DNA of 42,480 nt from Acidobacteriota bacterium (GTDB lineage Bacteria; Acidobacteriota; Polarisedimenticolia; Gp22-AA2): positions 16,399 through 58,878 of the forward strand of contig QHXZ01000086.1 of NCBI GenBank assembly GCA_003223165.1, read 5' to 3'. Both the position numbers and the translations under genes were made by a program. The notes under the pieces were generated by a model that did no database searches, had not been told where the DNA came from, and saw only the letters and a list, made by a program, of their open reading frames with translations. This document shows positions 7,676-17,063 of the stretch, piece after piece; position 1 is the stretch's first letter, and each line of letters begins with the position of its first letter.

Positions 7676-10393
7676 TCAGAAGACGCTGACCTCGGAGACC
7701 AGGGAAGGCGAAAGGAGGACCGCGTTGAGGAACAGGCGTCGCAGCCCCCGCAGCATCAGGCGGAAGTTCGGATCATCGGCGAACAGGATGATCTTGCCGC
7801 GGCCCACCGGCTCCTCGACCAGGTAGGGGGTGCCGGCGAGCTTGGCGAGGGCGCTCGGCCAGGCGAAGCCGCCGAGGCGCAGCCGGTCGGCGGCGGCGAA
7901 GCGGGCCACGTTCGAGCCTTTGGCGGACCGGTTGAAGACCAGGTCGGAGTAGACCAGCACCGCCGCGTTCGGGCCGTACCCCATGCTGAGGTAGTGATCG
8001 GGGTCCAGCTCGATGCGCAGCAACGCGCCGGGTGTCAGCTCGGACTCCCAGGCCTGCTCGCCGCCAGGGGCGGCCTGCTTGCCGGCGGAGTCCGGCGATT
8101 CCGCCTCGGGCGGCACCTCCTCCGCGCCTTTGGGGGTCGCGGTCGTCAGGCCGAAGCGCGACGACGCCAGGAAGGCCGCCCCCTGCCGCACGCCGATCAG
8201 CACGCCCCCCTGCTTCACCCAGGTCTTCAGGGCCTCGATCGTGTCCGGCCGCGCCACCTCCTCGTACGAGGCCTCGCCGGATTCGCCGTCGGGAAAGACG
8301 ATCACGTCGTACTTGCGCAGGTCGGCCCGGCCGAGCGTCGCGAGCGTGATGGGCGTGAACGGCAGCCCGAGCTCGCGCTCGAACATGAACCAGATCGCCC
8401 CATAGGAGTTCGGGTCGCTCCCGTCGCCGGCGATGACCGCCACGCGCGGCAGGCGCAGCGTCTGGACGTGGGCCGATCCCAGCTTGACGCCACGGTCGGT
8501 CCAGGCGCTGTCCACGGCGACCACGTCGACGCCCGCCTCGCGCGCACCGCTCTCGATCGCCCCGCGCAGCGCCGGCGGGTTGCGCTCGGTCCGCACCACC
8601 GCCGTGCCGCGGGGCCAGTCCCGCGCCCCGATCCCGAACTCCTTGTCGGTCACCGCCACGGCGTAGCCGTCGCGCAGCAGCCGCACGGTGAGGGCCAGGC
8701 CCGTGTTGGAGTCGCCGGGGATGAGGTAGCCGTAGCGGCCCTGGCCTCCAAGCACCCGCCCGGCCGGGTCGGGGCGGCTCTCCCCCACGCGCTCGGCCGG
8801 CACCCGCGGCTCCTGCTCGCTCCAGTAGGCCTCGACTCCGAAGGCGAGAGGAAACGACCAGGCGGTGATATCGTAGAACTCGGTGCCGAGCTTCTTCTCC
8901 TTGCGCTTCTTCTGCGCCGCCACGAACGCGTCGGGAATCTTCGGGTCCTTCTCGAGAAGAGCCTGGACCAGCGCCGATTCGGGCTGCGACATGGAGACCA
9001 CGAAGGTGCCCGCCGGGAACGAGCGGCCGGCCACGCGGGCCTCCTCGTAACCGTGGACGCGTTCCAGCAAGAACGGCTCGCGGGCCCGCAGGACCTCGAT
9101 GCCGTCCAGGACGAGGGTCTCGATGAGCGACCAGGTGCGCGCCGGGTCGCTCCCGGGCGGGATGAGATAGGCCCGCACCCCCTCGTGCCGGCCGGGCTCG
9201 AGGTTCGACCTCCTGAAGGAGTAGAAGTCCCGCAGCTTCTCGGCGCGGCGATCCGCCGTCGTGCGCAGCGTCTGCATCGTGGCGATGAAGTGGTGACGCG
9301 CCCCGTCACGCAAGGTGAGGAAGGTGCCGTCCTTGCGCTCGATGCGCAGGCCGTTGCTCCCGCCGCCGTCGGTCTCGAAGGTCATGCCGACCGCCCCGTG
9401 GAGGTTCGGGTATGTGTCCCAGTAGCCGAAGTAGAAGTCGTCGAAGGTCTCGCCGACGAAGTAGCTCCAACCGAAGCGGTCGAACCCTTCGGCGATGGAC
9501 CGGCCGAAGATCTCGTGCCACCTGCGCGTCGTCTCCGGCAGGTTCCGGTTCACCGGATCGACGACCGGGGGAAAGAACATGTTGACCGTCTCGCCGTGGT
9601 GGTCGACGAAGACCTGGGGCATCCAGGCGAGGTACGCCCGTCCCATGGCGCGGCTCTCCTGCTGCGTCATCCAGCCGGCGTCGCGGTTCAGATCGATCTG
9701 GTAGTGGTTGTAGTTGGTGTCGAGGCCCCACGGGGCGTGGTGCTCGAAGGCGTTATCGTCGGGGGACCCGGACGGGCCGACGTGGAAGGCGTTGTAGAAG
9801 GCCACGAAGCGCTCGCGGCTCTCGGGATTGAGGGCCGGGGTGATCACGACGACCAGCTGGTCGAGGATCGATTGCGTCACCGTATCGGTGCCGGCGCACA
9901 GCTGGTACAGGGTCATGATCGCCGCCTCGAGCGCCGCCGTCTCGTTGCCGTCGTTGGCGTAGTTCATCCAGGCGATGGCGGGGTTCGAGGCGATGAGGCG
10001 TTCCGCCTCCTGGGGGTTCCCCAGGGTGCGCGGGTCGGCGAGCTTCAGGTTGCCCGCCCGGACGGCCTCGAGCGCCTTGAGGTTCTTGGGGGAGCTCAGC
10101 ACCGCGAGGTAGAGCGGCCGCCTCTCGTACGATTCCCCGTATACCGAGACGCGGATCCGATCGCAGCCCGCCTCGAGCGCCCGCAAGTAGCGCTCGAAGC
10201 GCGGGTAGTCGGTGAAGGCATCCCCCACCTCGTACCCCAGGACCGAGGCGGGCGTCGGCACCTTCGGATCGTAGGTGCCGGCCGGCCACCAGGCGGGTCC
10301 CGGCGGCTCCTCCGGGAAGGTCGCGCGCGGGATGGCGAGGGCGAGCGCCGCGATGGCGAGCGGCAGGAGGCGGCGAAAACGCTGCGGCAGCAT
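7676..10393 (-). CDS. Exported M14-family zinc carboxypeptidase with C-terminal class I glutamine-amidotransferase-like domain
   Basis: Signal peptide; GESYERRPL, DGNE, NHYQIDLNRD and DHHGE motifs; C-terminal YDVIVFPDG..WVKQGGVLI and LFADDPNFR. Confidence 0.85.
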   Translation of the reverse strand: MLPQRFRRLLPLAIAALALAIPRATFPEEPPGPAWWPAGTYDPKVPTPASVLGYEVGDAFTDYPRFERYLRALEAGCDRIRVSVYGESYERRPLYLAVLSSPKNLKALEAVRAGNLKLADPRTLGNPQEAERLIASNPAIAWMNYANDGNETAALEAAIMTLYQLCAGTDTVTQSILDQLVVVITPALNPESRERFVAFYNAFHVGPSGSPDDNAFEHHAPWGLDTNYNHYQIDLNRDAGWMTQQESRAMGRAYLAWMPQVFVDHHGETVNMFFPPVVDPVNRNLPETTRRWHEIFGRSIAEGFDRFGWSYFVGETFDDFYFGYWDTYPNLHGAVGMTFETDGGGSNGLRIERKDGTFLTLRDGARHHFIATMQTLRTTADRRAEKLRDFYSFRRSNLEPGRHEGVRAYLIPPGSDPARTWSLIETLVLDGIEVLRAREPFLLERVHGYEEARVAGRSFPAGTFVVSMSQPESALVQALLEKDPKIPDAFVAAQKKRKEKKLGTEFYDITAWSFPLAFGVEAYWSEQEPRVPAERVGESRPDPAGRVLGGQGRYGYLIPGDSNTGLALTVRLLRDGYAVAVTDKEFGIGARDWPRGTAVVRTERNPPALRGAIESGAREAGVDVVAVDSAWTDRGVKLGSAHVQTLRLPRVAVIAGDGSDPNSYGAIWFMFERELGLPFTPITLATLGRADLRKYDVIVFPDGESGEASYEEVARPDTIEALKTWVKQGGVLIGVRQGAAFLASSRFGLTTATPKGAEEVPPEAESPDSAGKQAAPGGEQAWESELTPGALLRIELDPDHYLSMGYGPNAAVLVYSDLVFNRSAKGSNVARFAAADRLRLGGFAWPSALAKLAGTPYLVEEPVGRGKIILFADDPNFRLMLRGLRRLFLNAVLLSPSLVSEVSVF

Positions 10394-10464
10394 CGGACCC
10401 CTTCCCGGCCGCACCGGCTTCGGGCGGCGCGATCAACCCCGGAGATCGTGGACCGCCGAGCCCG

Positions 10465-11049
10465 TCACCGGCCGGACGTGGCCGTCGTGCCGCCGCCTTC
10501 CTGGAGGAGCTTCTCGATGAGCTGCTCGTATCCGGTCGGCAGGGTCGTTCCCGCGTAACGGATGATGCCGTCTTTGCCGATGAGGAAATTCTGGGGGATG
10601 TAGGAGATCCTGTAGGTCCTCATGGCCGCCCCGTCCGCGTCCCAGAGGACGGGGTAGTTGATCTTGAGCTCCTCGACGAGCGCCGCGACCCCTTCGGGCG
10701 TCTGATCCATGTTGGGGGCGACGCCGAGGATCTCCAGGCCGCGCTCGTGGTACTTGGTGTAGATCTGCTTCAGGGTCGGGACCTCCTGGATGCAGGGGAA
10801 GCACCAGGTGGCCCAGAAGACCACGTGCACCACCCGCTTGCCGCGCAGGTCCCGCAGCTTGTAGGAACGGCCGTTCAGGTCCTTGAGAGCGAGGTCGTAG
10901 GCGAGGTTCCCGACGCTCTTGCCTCGTCCCGGCTCGGGGGCCGGCATGCGCTGCGCCAGCGCCGGGGCCGCGGCTCCGCTCATGAGGATCGCCAGGAGAA
11001 GCGCCGGGAGGACCGGGACGAGCCGGGCGCGTGAGCCGGGTCGAGACAT
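10465..11049 (-). CDS. TlpA/ResA-family thiol-disulfide oxidoreductase (exported)
   Basis: Signal/anchor helix, FWATWCFPC (CxxC), YPVLWD and IPQNFLIGKDG. Confidence 0.9.
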   Translation of the reverse strand: MSRPGSRARLVPVLPALLLAILMSGAAAPALAQRMPAPEPGRGKSVGNLAYDLALKDLNGRSYKLRDLRGKRVVHVVFWATWCFPCIQEVPTLKQIYTKYHERGLEILGVAPNMDQTPEGVAALVEELKINYPVLWDADGAAMRTYRISYIPQNFLIGKDGIIRYAGTTLPTGYEQLIEKLLQEGGGTTATSGR

Positions 11050-11065
11050 CTTCAGCGGGCGCTCC

Positions 11066-11389
11066 TCACAGCAGAGGCGTGATCTTCTGGACGAGCCTGT
11101 CCTTCGGGACGTACCCCATCACCTGGTCCCGCACCTTCCCTTCCTTGAAGAACAGGACGGTGGGGACGGAGAGGATGCCGTACTCGACGGCCGTCGCCTG
11201 GGCCTTGTCGATATCGAGATGCGCCACCTTCAGCCGGCCATCGTACTCGGAGGCGATCTCCGCCACGATCGGCTCCAGCCTCTTGCAGGGGCCGCACCAG
11301 GCCGCGGAGAAGTCGAGCAGGACCGGGACCTTGGAGAGGAGAACCTCGTCCCGGAAGTTCGCGTCATCGACCTCGACCACCGCACTCAT
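11066..11389 (-). CDS. trxA: Thioredoxin
   Basis: 107 aa with WCGPC active site and SVPT cis-Pro motif; RBS GAGGGGG. Confidence 0.96.
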   Translation of the reverse strand: MSAVVEVDDANFRDEVLLSKVPVLLDFSAAWCGPCKRLEPIVAEIASEYDGRLKVAHLDIDKAQATAVEYGILSVPTVLFFKEGKVRDQVMGYVPKDRLVQKITPLL

Positions 11390-11447
11390 CGTCCCCCCTC
11401 GGCAAGGCCTTGATGGCAGGCGCTTCGGGCTGGAGGCAGCGGTCGGG

Positions 11448-11456
11448 ATTATAGCA
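11448..11456 (-). promoter_or_regulatory. Extended -10 promoter TGcTATAAT upstream of trxA
   Basis: Perfect TGn-TATAAT on the minus strand, about 60 nt upstream of the start. Confidence 0.6.
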
Positions 11457-11495
11457 TGGCCGTCCGGTCTGCGCGGGGGCCGGGCGAACCGACCT

Positions 11496-12551
11496 TCAGG
11501 CCCCGGCCTTCGCGGCCCGGGACGGCGGCGCGCCGAGATCGAAGACCGGTTCGACGCGGCCGACCGGCAGCCCCCTGCGATTCTTCAGGTCGGGGGCGAA
11601 GCGCGCGACCAGGGCCGCCGCCACGGGCCGGTCGAGGAGACCCATCTGGCGCAAGGCCTCGATGGCCGCGCTCGGGCGCGCCCGCAGCCCGTCGCCGTCG
11701 GCGATCTTGAGCGCGGCGCCGACGCCCGCGTCGTCCCTCCGCCAGCCCAGCCCGCAGTACCCTTCCGCCCCGATCTTGGCGATCAGCCCGCCGCCGCCGG
11801 CGCGCATCAGCTTGGTGCACAGGCGATCGGTGCCCGCGACCATCTCGGGATGGCGGCGCATCGCGGCGACGACCCGCGCCGCGGCGGCGTCCATCGGTCC
11901 CCGGCGCCCCTCCTGGACCAGGCGGGCATACATCCGGGCGGCGTGGCGCAGCGGCATCGCGAAGGTGGGAGCGGAGCAGCCATCGGTGGCGACCCGGCTC
12001 GACCCGGGATCGAGCCCCGCAAGCTCTTCGATGGCGGCGCGGATCCGGACCTGGACCGGATGATCGACCTCGAGGTAGGTGGACACCGGCGCGCCTAGGT
12101 GCACCGCGAGGGCCAGCATCCCGGCGTGCTTCCCGGAACAGTTGTTGTGCAAGGCCGTGGGCTCGGCGCCGCGCCGCCGCAGCGCCTGGGCGGTGGGGCG
12201 ATGGTAGGGGGCGTGGACGCCGCACTGCAGGGCCGACTCGTCCAGCCCTATCTTGCGCAGGATCGACCGGACCGCTTCGACATGGAACGGCTCGCCTCCG
12301 TGCGAGCCGGCCATGACGGCGATCTCCTCGTCCAAGAGCCCGAAGCGCTCCGCGGCGCCCGACGCCAGGAGCGGCAGGACCTGGACCGGCTTGGCCGCCG
12401 AGCGCAGGAAGGTGATCGTCCCGGGATCGCCGCAGGCCGCCAGCACCCGCCCCCGCGAGTCGGCCACAGCGATGGCGCCGAAGTGGACCGACTCGACGGT
12501 GTCGCCGCGCCAGACCTGCACCAAGGGCGCATAGCCACGCTTGTCCGTCAT
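11496..12551 (-). CDS. Rhizobium-type (class 3) L-asparaginase, Asparaginase_II family
   Basis: RSAAKP Ser-Lys motif, GSHGGE, HNNCSGKH, DGCSAP, AKIGAEG and KIADG. Start ATG 12551 after GGAG. Confidence 0.9.
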   Translation of the reverse strand: MTDKRGYAPLVQVWRGDTVESVHFGAIAVADSRGRVLAACGDPGTITFLRSAAKPVQVLPLLASGAAERFGLLDEEIAVMAGSHGGEPFHVEAVRSILRKIGLDESALQCGVHAPYHRPTAQALRRRGAEPTALHNNCSGKHAGMLALAVHLGAPVSTYLEVDHPVQVRIRAAIEELAGLDPGSSRVATDGCSAPTFAMPLRHAARMYARLVQEGRRGPMDAAAARVVAAMRRHPEMVAGTDRLCTKLMRAGGGGLIAKIGAEGYCGLGWRRDDAGVGAALKIADGDGLRARPSAAIEALRQMGLLDRPVAAALVARFAPDLKNRRGLPVGRVEPVFDLGAPPSRAAKAGA

Positions 12552-12636
12552 CGGACTCCGCCCGCCGCCCCCGGGGGCGTCGCGGGCCGCGTCATGGCAG
12601 CGCAGGGCTGAGGGCCGGGTCGGAACAGGGAGGCCT

Positions 12637-13560
12637 TCAGCGGGCCTCGCCGCTGTAAAGGGAGATGACCTGACCGAGCAGGCGCAGGGCGTCGGCCTTC
12701 TTGCGCTGGAAGGAATTGCGTCCGATGATCGAGCCGAACCCACCGCCGTCGCGGATGGCGCGGACCTCGTTCAAGAGATTCTCCTCGGCCTCCGCCGGGC
12801 CGCCGGAGAAGATCACGATGCGGCGCCCGGCGAAGGCGCACTGGGTGACGTGCCGCACGCGGTCGGCCAGGGAGTCGATGGCGACCTTCTCCTTCTGGTA
12901 GACCTTGCGCGCGGCCTCCTGCTCGACGTGGGCCGTGGGCAGTTTGACCTTGATGACGTGCGCGCCGAGCTGGGCCGCGATGTGGGCCGCGTAGCCGGTG
13001 ACGTCGATGGCCGTCTCGCCTTCCTTGCTCAATCCCGATCCCCGCGGGTAGGACCAGACGACCACCGCCAGACCGCGGCGCCTGGCCTCCTCGGCCAGGG
13101 CGCGGACGCGGCCGTACATCTCGAGGCGGTGCGCGGATCCGGGGTAGATCGTGTAGCCGACCGCGACGCAGCCCAGGCGCAGGGCGTCCTGCACGCTGCC
13201 GGTGACCGCCTGGTCGGGGTCCTTCTCGTCGTTGAGCAAATCCTTGTTGCTGAGCTTGAGGATGAGGGGGATCCGTCCCGCGAACTCGCGCGCGCCCGCC
13301 TCCAGGAAGCCCAGAGGCGCCGCGTAGCCGTTGCAGCCGGCCTCGATCGCCAGCTCGAAGTGGTAGCGCGGGTCGTAGGCGGGGGGATTGGGCGCGAAGC
13401 TTCGCGCCGGCCCATGCTCGAAGCCCTGGTCGACCGGCAGGATCACCACCTTGCCGGTGCCCCCCAGCCGTCCATGGTTGAGCAGGCGGGACAGGTTGGT
13501 CAGCGTCCCGGGGTTGTCGCTGCCGTACCAAGACAGGATTTCTCGCACGCGCTCCGTCAC
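12637..13560 (-). CDS. fbaB: Class I fructose-bisphosphate aldolase (DhnA/FbaB type)
   Basis: ILPVDQGFEHGP, WSYPRG, Schiff-base IKVK, FSGG and IIGRNSFQR motifs. Confidence 0.92.
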   Translation of the reverse strand: MTERVREILSWYGSDNPGTLTNLSRLLNHGRLGGTGKVVILPVDQGFEHGPARSFAPNPPAYDPRYHFELAIEAGCNGYAAPLGFLEAGAREFAGRIPLILKLSNKDLLNDEKDPDQAVTGSVQDALRLGCVAVGYTIYPGSAHRLEMYGRVRALAEEARRRGLAVVVWSYPRGSGLSKEGETAIDVTGYAAHIAAQLGAHVIKVKLPTAHVEQEAARKVYQKEKVAIDSLADRVRHVTQCAFAGRRIVIFSGGPAEAEENLLNEVRAIRDGGGFGSIIGRNSFQRKKADALRLLGQVISLYSGEAR

Positions 13561-13587
13561 GGCTCCCTCTCCTGCCGTCCGGCCGGT

Positions 13588-14595
13588 CTAGGCCGGGCCG
13601 CCGTCCTTCAGGAATCGCTCATAAAGTATCACGTCCTCGACGCTGCCGATCACGAACGGCACGCGCTGGTGGATCGATCCCGCCTGCACGTCCAGGATGC
13701 GCTCCATGCCGGTGCTCGCCCGCCCCCCCGCCTGCTCGACGACGAAGGCGAGGGGAGCGCACTCGTACATGAGGCGCAGCTTGCCGCTGGCGTGCGCCGA
13801 GTCGGCGGGGTAGAAGTAGAGGCCACCGTCGATCAGGCTGCGGTGCAGATCGGCGACCAGGGCCCCGGTGTAGCGCAGGGAATACGGCCGGCGGCCGCCG
13901 GGGTCTTTCTCGGTCAGGTAGTCGACGTACTTCCGGAGATGGGGGTGCCAGCCCTTCAGGTTGCCCAGGTTGGCGCTGTAGCAGCGGCCGCGCGGCGGGC
14001 AGCGGAGGGTTTCGTGGGTGAGGAGGAACTCCCCCCGGTCCTCGTCGAGCGTGAACCCCGAGACGCCCTGCCCGGTGGTGCAGGCCAGCAGGGTGCTCGG
14101 GCCGTACAGAACGTATCCCGCCGCCAGCTGCTCGGAGCCGCGGCGCAGCAGATCGCGCGACGTCGGCTCCGGGGCGCCGTCGAGCCGGCGGTACAGGCCG
14201 AAGATGGTCCCGACGCAGCCGTCGACGTCGGTGTTCGACGATCCGTCGAGGGGATCGATGCACACGATGTAGCGGGCGCCCTTCCCCGTCCCGAGCCGCC
14301 TGGCCGTGTCCTCCTCCTCGGAGACGATGGCGGCGACGAGGCCGCTCGAGGCGAGGGCGGCCACCACCGCCTCGTTGGCGAGCAGGTCGAGCTTCTTCTG
14401 CGCATCGCCGGTGGCGTTCTCGTTTCCCGCCAGCCCCAGCTCGCCCGTGAAGGCGGCGCGGCGGATCGCGCGCGAGAGGGTCCGGGCGCTTGCGGCGATC
14501 GCCCCCAGGACGATCTCCAGATCGGCGGCCAGCCCCGGGTCGTCGCGGTGCCGGCCGCGCACATGATCGGCCAGAGTCGTCGTCCGGTCCGGCAT
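13588..14595 (-). CDS. fbp: Fructose-1,6-bisphosphatase class I
   Basis: QKKLD, SEE, DPLDGSSN, AGYVLYG, RYTGALVAD and KLRLMYECAP motifs. Confidence 0.95.
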   Translation of the reverse strand: MPDRTTTLADHVRGRHRDDPGLAADLEIVLGAIAASARTLSRAIRRAAFTGELGLAGNENATGDAQKKLDLLANEAVVAALASSGLVAAIVSEEEDTARRLGTGKGARYIVCIDPLDGSSNTDVDGCVGTIFGLYRRLDGAPEPTSRDLLRRGSEQLAAGYVLYGPSTLLACTTGQGVSGFTLDEDRGEFLLTHETLRCPPRGRCYSANLGNLKGWHPHLRKYVDYLTEKDPGGRRPYSLRYTGALVADLHRSLIDGGLYFYPADSAHASGKLRLMYECAPLAFVVEQAGGRASTGMERILDVQAGSIHQRVPFVIGSVEDVILYERFLKDGGPA

Positions 14596-14709
14596 CGTTC
14601 CTCCTCCCCGATCCCTTCGTCTCGACCCGCGCCGCCGGGTCGGCGCCCGGTATTGTACAGGTCCCGGCGCGGGACGGTCCGCCCGGATCGGCCGTCGCTC
14701 GCCGGGCGG

Positions 14710-14767
14710 CTAGGAGCCTATCCGGGAAATGGCAGCGGCCATTGCGATTTCCCGGACAGGCTCCTAG
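14710..14767. repeat. 58-bp near-perfect palindrome bounded by CTAG at both ends (MITE/REP-like element or hairpin)
   Basis: CTAGGAGCCTATCCGGGAAAT-GGCAGCGGCCATTGCG-ATTTCCCGGACAGGCTCCTAG: 21-bp arms with one mismatch, and partly paired centre. The right CTAG contains the pgi stop codon. Confidence 0.8.
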
Positions 14768-16515
14768 GCCAGCACACCGACCATCGCGGCGCGAAGCGCC
14801 GCGAGGCCGGCCAGGACGCCGGTCCCGAGATGCACGCGCAGGGCGCGGCGGCCGCGCTCGGCCAGCACGGTGAAATCGCCCCGCGCCTGGGCCGCCTTGA
14901 CCACTCCGAAGGTGTATCGCCGTCCGGGGATCGCCCGATCCGCCGCATCGTCGCAGGTGATCTGGAGGAACACGCCGCTGTTCGGCCCTCCCTTGTAGAC
15001 CTGTCCCGTGGAGTGCAGGAAGCGCGGACCGAAACCGAGGCAGGTCGCCACGCGCCGCGCGTCCCGCACCGCGAGGCGCAGCGCCTGCAGCGCCTCCTCG
15101 TGCGGCGGGCTCGCCTCCAGGTAGGCCAGGAGCGCCAAGTAGTCGCCGGCGCGCAGGCGCCCGACGTGGGCCCGCAGGTAGCCGCGCAGGGAGCGATCGC
15201 CACCCGCCGCGGCGGCCAGGGCGCGCGCGTTCGCCTCGTCGGCGAACAGAGCGACCTCTCCCTCGCGCAGCATCGGCTCCTCGGCAGGCAGGCTGCCCCG
15301 CGCCTCGTACTCGGCGGTCAGTTGCCGGGCGGCGATCTTGCCGGCCTCGACGTCTGGCTGATCGAACGGGTTGATGCCGAGAATCGATCCGGCCACGGCG
15401 GTGGCGATCTCCCAGCGGAAGAACTCCCCTCCCAGGTCGTAGGGGTCGGCAAGGGGGATGCGGACCACCGGCTGGCCTGCGTCCCCGATCGCCTCCAGGC
15501 GGGCGTCCTGGGCCGCGTCGGGAGCCGTCTCCAGGCGCACGTAGACGAACAGGCGATCGCCGCCGTACACCTCCGGCGGCCCGAGGGGCTCGCGATCGAC
15601 GGGGATGAGCCCGGTGCCGTTCTTGCCGGTCGATTCCGCCAGGAGCTGCTCGAGCCAGGCCCCGAAATCGCCGATGCCGGGCGAGGTCACGAGGGTGACC
15701 TTGTCGCGCCCGGCGCGCCCCAGGACTCCGAGGACGGCGCCGAGGACGACGCCCGGGTTCTCCGCCGGAGGCACGCCGGCGGCGCAGGCCCGCGCCATGC
15801 GGTCGGCCCGCTCGAGGAACCTCGCGAGGTCGACGCCCTGCGCCGCGGCCGGCACCATGCCGAAATCGGACAGGGCGGAGTAGCGCCCGCCGACGCTCGG
15901 AAGGCCGAAGAAGACGCCCCTGAAACCGTCCCTCTCGGCGATCCGTTGCAGGGGGGACCCCGGATCGGTGATGGCGATGAACTGCCGGCCCGCGTCCGGC
16001 CGGCCGGCGGTCCGGCGCACGCGTTCGAGGAAGTACTCCTTGAAGATGTTCGGCTCGAGCGTGCTGCCCGACTTGCTCGATACGATGAACAGGGTGCGCG
16101 CCGGGTCGATCCTCCGCTCGAAGGACCCCACCTGGGCGGGATCGGTGGAATCGAGGACCATGAGATCGGGACGGCCCGGGAAGCGGCCGAACGTCTCTCG
16201 CATCACCTCGGGGCAGAGGCTCGATCCACCCATCCCCAGGACCAGGGCGTGGGTGAACCCCTCGGCCTCGACCTCCCGGGCGAGCGCGGTCAAACGCGCC
16301 AGGCGCGCCGGCAGGTCCCCAGGCAGGTCGAGCCAGCCCATCCAGCGCCCCTCGTCGGCGCCCGTCCAGAGGGAGGCGTCGCGCGCCCAGAGCCTCCGCA
16401 CCTTCCCCTGGGCGCGCCACTCTTCAAGGGAAGCGCTGACGGCCGCCTCGAGATCGCCGGGAAGCCGGAGGGTCATCCGGCCCGGGGCGGAACCCGCGTC
16501 GCGGAGGACGCTCAT
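14764..16515 (-). CDS. pgi: Glucose-6-phosphate isomerase (the PGI module type found in Tal-Pgi fusions, here stand-alone)
   Basis: [51 protein letters not shown] and [10 protein letters not shown] motifs. Confidence 0.9.
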   Translation of the reverse strand: MSVLRDAGSAPGRMTLRLPGDLEAAVSASLEEWRAQGKVRRLWARDASLWTGADEGRWMGWLDLPGDLPARLARLTALAREVEAEGFTHALVLGMGGSSLCPEVMRETFGRFPGRPDLMVLDSTDPAQVGSFERRIDPARTLFIVSSKSGSTLEPNIFKEYFLERVRRTAGRPDAGRQFIAITDPGSPLQRIAERDGFRGVFFGLPSVGGRYSALSDFGMVPAAAQGVDLARFLERADRMARACAAGVPPAENPGVVLGAVLGVLGRAGRDKVTLVTSPGIGDFGAWLEQLLAESTGKNGTGLIPVDREPLGPPEVYGGDRLFVYVRLETAPDAAQDARLEAIGDAGQPVVRIPLADPYDLGGEFFRWEIATAVAGSILGINPFDQPDVEAGKIAARQLTAEYEARGSLPAEEPMLREGEVALFADEANARALAAAAGGDRSLRGYLRAHVGRLRAGDYLALLAYLEASPPHEEALQALRLAVRDARRVATCLGFGPRFLHSTGQVYKGGPNSGVFLQITCDDAADRAIPGRRYTFGVVKAAQARGDFTVLAERGRRALRVHLGTGVLAGLAALRAAMVGVLA

Positions 16516-16928
16516 CGCTTCGCCTCCCCGGCCCCGGCCGCCCCGCCGGCCCGGCGCTCCAGGGCGGCGACCTTCCGGAGCCGCCGGCGGTGCCGCGCCT
16601 CGGCGCCGAAGCGCGCCTCGAGGAAGGCCCGCACCAGATCCCGCGCCAGCTCGACGCCGATCACGCGCGCGCCCAGCACCGCCCGGATCCCCGGGATCTT
16701 GTTGGCGGCGACCGACGCCCCGACGCCGCTGCCGCAGACCAGGATGCCCCGCGCCGCGCGGCCGTCACGGATCGCCAGGCCGACCGCCTCGGCGAAGTCG
16801 GGATAGTCGACCGGGGCGGGGCCGTCGGTCCCGAGATCGATCACCTCGTGGCCCCGGGCGCGCAGGTCGCCGGCGAGGGTGTCCTTGAGCTCGTAACCGG
16901 CGTGGTCCGCACCCAGGGCGATCCGCAT
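16512..16928 (-). CDS. rpiB: Ribose-5-phosphate isomerase B; about 20 conserved residues missing in frame at ~16680
   Basis: GADHAG, VDYPD, CGSGVG and RHRRR motifs. NKIPGIRA joins directly to VLGARVIG without the usual C/H..S..A....HND.N segment. Confidence 0.88.
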   Translation of the reverse strand: MRIALGADHAGYELKDTLAGDLRARGHEVIDLGTDGPAPVDYPDFAEAVGLAIRDGRAARGILVCGSGVGASVAANKIPGIRAVLGARVIGVELARDLVRAFLEARFGAEARHRRRLRKVAALERRAGGAAGAGEAKR

Positions 16929-17063
16929 CCCCGCCTCGCGCGCGCCGTCGCCCCGGCTCGGCCTCTCTCCGCGCATGGAACCCGTCGCCATGAAAACGAT
17001 GATAGCCCCGCCGTGCCTCCGACAGGAAGCAATTGATCGCGGAGGGGCGGGCCGCGGGCCCGG

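Noticed and set aside
12541-16806. 1421-aa + strand ORF, and similar long ORFs such as 7994-10558, 32402-35290, 19393-22152 and 25486-27552
   Set aside because: Antisense or off-frame shadows of recognisable genes. High GC and codon bias suppress stop codons, and the translations carry no motifs.
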